From: Candidatus Eiseniibacteriota bacterium
Lineage (GTDB): Bacteria > Eisenbacteria > RBG-16-71-46 > SZUA-252
DNA length: 64,000 nt
Reading direction: 5' to 3'
NCBI GenBank assembly: GCA_036505295.1
Contig: DASXTQ010000042.1
Coordinates: 6,769 to 70,768 of the forward strand
This document shows, one piece after another, positions 62,785 through 64,000 of this stretch; position 1 is the first letter of the stretch; every line of letters starts with the position of its first letter. Position numbers and translations under genes: made by a program. The notes below the pieces were generated by a model. The model saw only the letters and a program-made list of their open reading frames with translations, did not search any database and was not told the origin of the DNA.

Positions 62785-64000
62785 TCAGAGACCGCCTGGT
62801 GTCAACTTTGGGGCGACGGTGTCCCCTGTTCGCCACACTCGATCGAATGCCCAAAACAGTGCGCTCACGATGAGCCCCGCATAGATCGGCTCCAAAGCGA
62901 GGAAATATGCCCCACTCGAGCCGGGCCGGTATCGCGACAGCAGCCAGGCCAAGGACACCGCTCCGCTTGCCGCGATGCACCACGTCGCTACGGCCGGGCG
63001 CATCCTCCATCGCGGGTGGTAGGAGCTTGCGAGAGGGACGAGGAGTGCCGGGACTCCAACCGAGCCCACGTCGTGCCATAGGTCCACGGCGGAGCGGAAA
63101 AACAGGGCGAGCACGACCGCGACGACCGCAGTCACCAGAAACCCGACTTGGGCGTAGCGGTTCACTCGCGATTCATCCGCCTCCCGGCGCCAACGCCAGA
63201 TCAAGTCCCTTCCGAAATTCACGCCGCCGATAAACGTATAGCCGTCCACCGTCGACATCACGGTCGCAAGAAGGCCGAGGTAAAAAATGCCCTGCACCAC
63301 CGGAGGGAGATAGGTGATCGCGAGCGCCGGGTAGGAGGCGGTCGGGTTTGACAGCGCCGGCATGAGCGCGCGTGCGTACATACCGGTGAACGTGGTGAGA
63401 AAATCAAAAAGCATCCAGAAGCCGATCGAGACGAGCACGCCGCGTTGGGCGGTCCTTTCATCCTTCGCCGCGAAGCAGCGTTGATAGAACGCGGGCTCGA
63501 CCAAGGTCTGGAGGGCGATGAAATACCAGACGAATATGTACTGGGGCGCGTTCCCCCCGTGCCAGACGAAATGCGTCGCGGGGAGATGCCCCCGCAAGAA
63601 GTCGAGCCCCCCGAAACGAGCGGCCAATAGCGGCAGCGCCACCAGAAATCCCAGGTACATGAGAATGAATTGGACGTTGTCGGCGTTCACCACCGAGCGC
63701 ATTCCGCCCCGGAAGGAGTAGGCCGTGGAGAAGAATGTCCCCACGAGCACAGCCGGCAGGAGGGCCCAACCGAAGATCATCTGGATCAGGATGCCGAGCA
63801 TGAGGACGTACGGTGCCGGCGACGAAAGGACCTGGATGATTCCCGCCCCGAGGAGCGCCGCGGGACGGCCGTACGCGCGGTCCAGCTGGTCGGGGACCGT
63901 GAAAAGCTCCGAGCGCCTGGCGCGGCGGGCGAAGAAGATCGCAAAAAGGGCGGCGCCCAGGTAATACGGCACGCCGAAGACGAGCCAGTTTGAGATCCCG
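62785..64000 (-). CDS. Sodium:solute symporter (SSF) family transporter, N-terminus beyond window edge
   Basis: SSF-like TM pattern. Frame remains open to position 64000. The first start candidate inside the window is GTG at 63972. Confidence 0.6.
   Translation of the reverse strand, partial: GISNWLVFGVPYYLGAALFAIFFARRARRSELFTVPDQLDRAYGRPAALLGAGIIQVLSSPAPYVLMLGILIQMIFGWALLPAVLVGTFFSTAYSFRGGMRSVVNADNVQFILMYLGFLVALPLLAARFGGLDFLRGHLPATHFVWHGGNAPQYIFVWYFIALQTLVEPAFYQRCFAAKDERTAQRGVLVSIGFWMLFDFLTTFTGMYARALMPALSNPTASYPALAITYLPPVVQGIFYLGLLATVMSTVDGYTFIGGVNFGRDLIWRWRREADESRVNRYAQVGFLVTAVVAVVLALFFRSAVDLWHDVGSVGVPALLVPLASSYHPRWRMRPAVATWCIAASGAVSLAWLLSRYRPGSSGAYFLALEPIYAGLIVSALFWAFDRVWRTGDTVAPKLTPGGL

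Noticed and set aside
1-64000. CRISPR arrays, IS elements/transposases, integrases, rRNA/tRNA genes
   Set aside because: No direct-repeat/spacer periodicity, no transposase/integrase-like translations and no rRNA-like or cloverleaf-forming segments were found. The low-GC island therefore lacks recognisable mobility genes within this window.

Overview
This is a high-GC (about 68-70%) bacterial chromosomal window with dense coding and many Arg-rich shadow ORFs. It likely comes from an uncultured FCB-group, Gemmatimonadota or a related candidate phylum, because two secreted proteins end in FlgD-Ig/T9SS-like sorting domains. Annotated content follows, in order.

- A GH1 beta-glucosidase.
- Two tandem paralogous secreted Tyr/Trp/Arg-rich proteins, each behind a sigma54 promoter.
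- An FG-GAP beta-propeller protein, signal peptidase I, a PAP2 phosphatase and an ADP-forming acetyl-CoA synthetase.
- A 10-gene minus-strand Fe-S (SUF) supercluster running merR, sufA, sufC, sufB, sufD, sufS, sufU, Rieske, sufT, phhB. It is headed by a MerR-family regulator with a C-terminal Cys cluster and a classic 19-bp-spacer MerR promoter.
- A cupredoxin lipoprotein.
- A LuxC/LuxE-like fatty-acyl reductase/synthetase pair with a LOG-family gene.
- Glutamine-dependent nadE followed by a large PEPCK/HprK-like P-loop protein.
- A three-gene secreted operon (metzincin protease plus a large beta-propeller-like protein).
- ygfZ and arsR-arsM.
- An apt gene with no canonical start codon, lying in-frame behind an ECF sigma/anti-sigma pair.
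- NDH-2, a secreted Cys-protein and a dihaem cytochrome c.
- An HTH protein and a methyltransferase.
- A fadJ-fadA/fadD beta-oxidation cluster.
- A lower-GC (about 50-55%) island that is probably horizontally acquired. It carries a TPR-sensor sigma54 enhancer-binding protein, a perfectly matched sigma54 promoter driving a small repeat lipoprotein, and a 1168-aa Ser/Thr-kinase-AAA-TPR protein.
- A GNAT acetyltransferase, a type IV pilin-like gene and a rhodanese-persulfide-dioxygenase/nitrilase/YeiH sulfur-cyanide module.
- ada-ogt, an MFS transporter, a CBS protein, membrane proteins and a partial SSF symporter.

The main point is an apparent sigma54 regulon. Three near-identical TGGCA(C/T)-N5-TTGCyCTAT promoters sit in front of small secreted repeat proteins at two loci, and one of these promoters lies immediately downstream of a TPR-domain bEBP gene.
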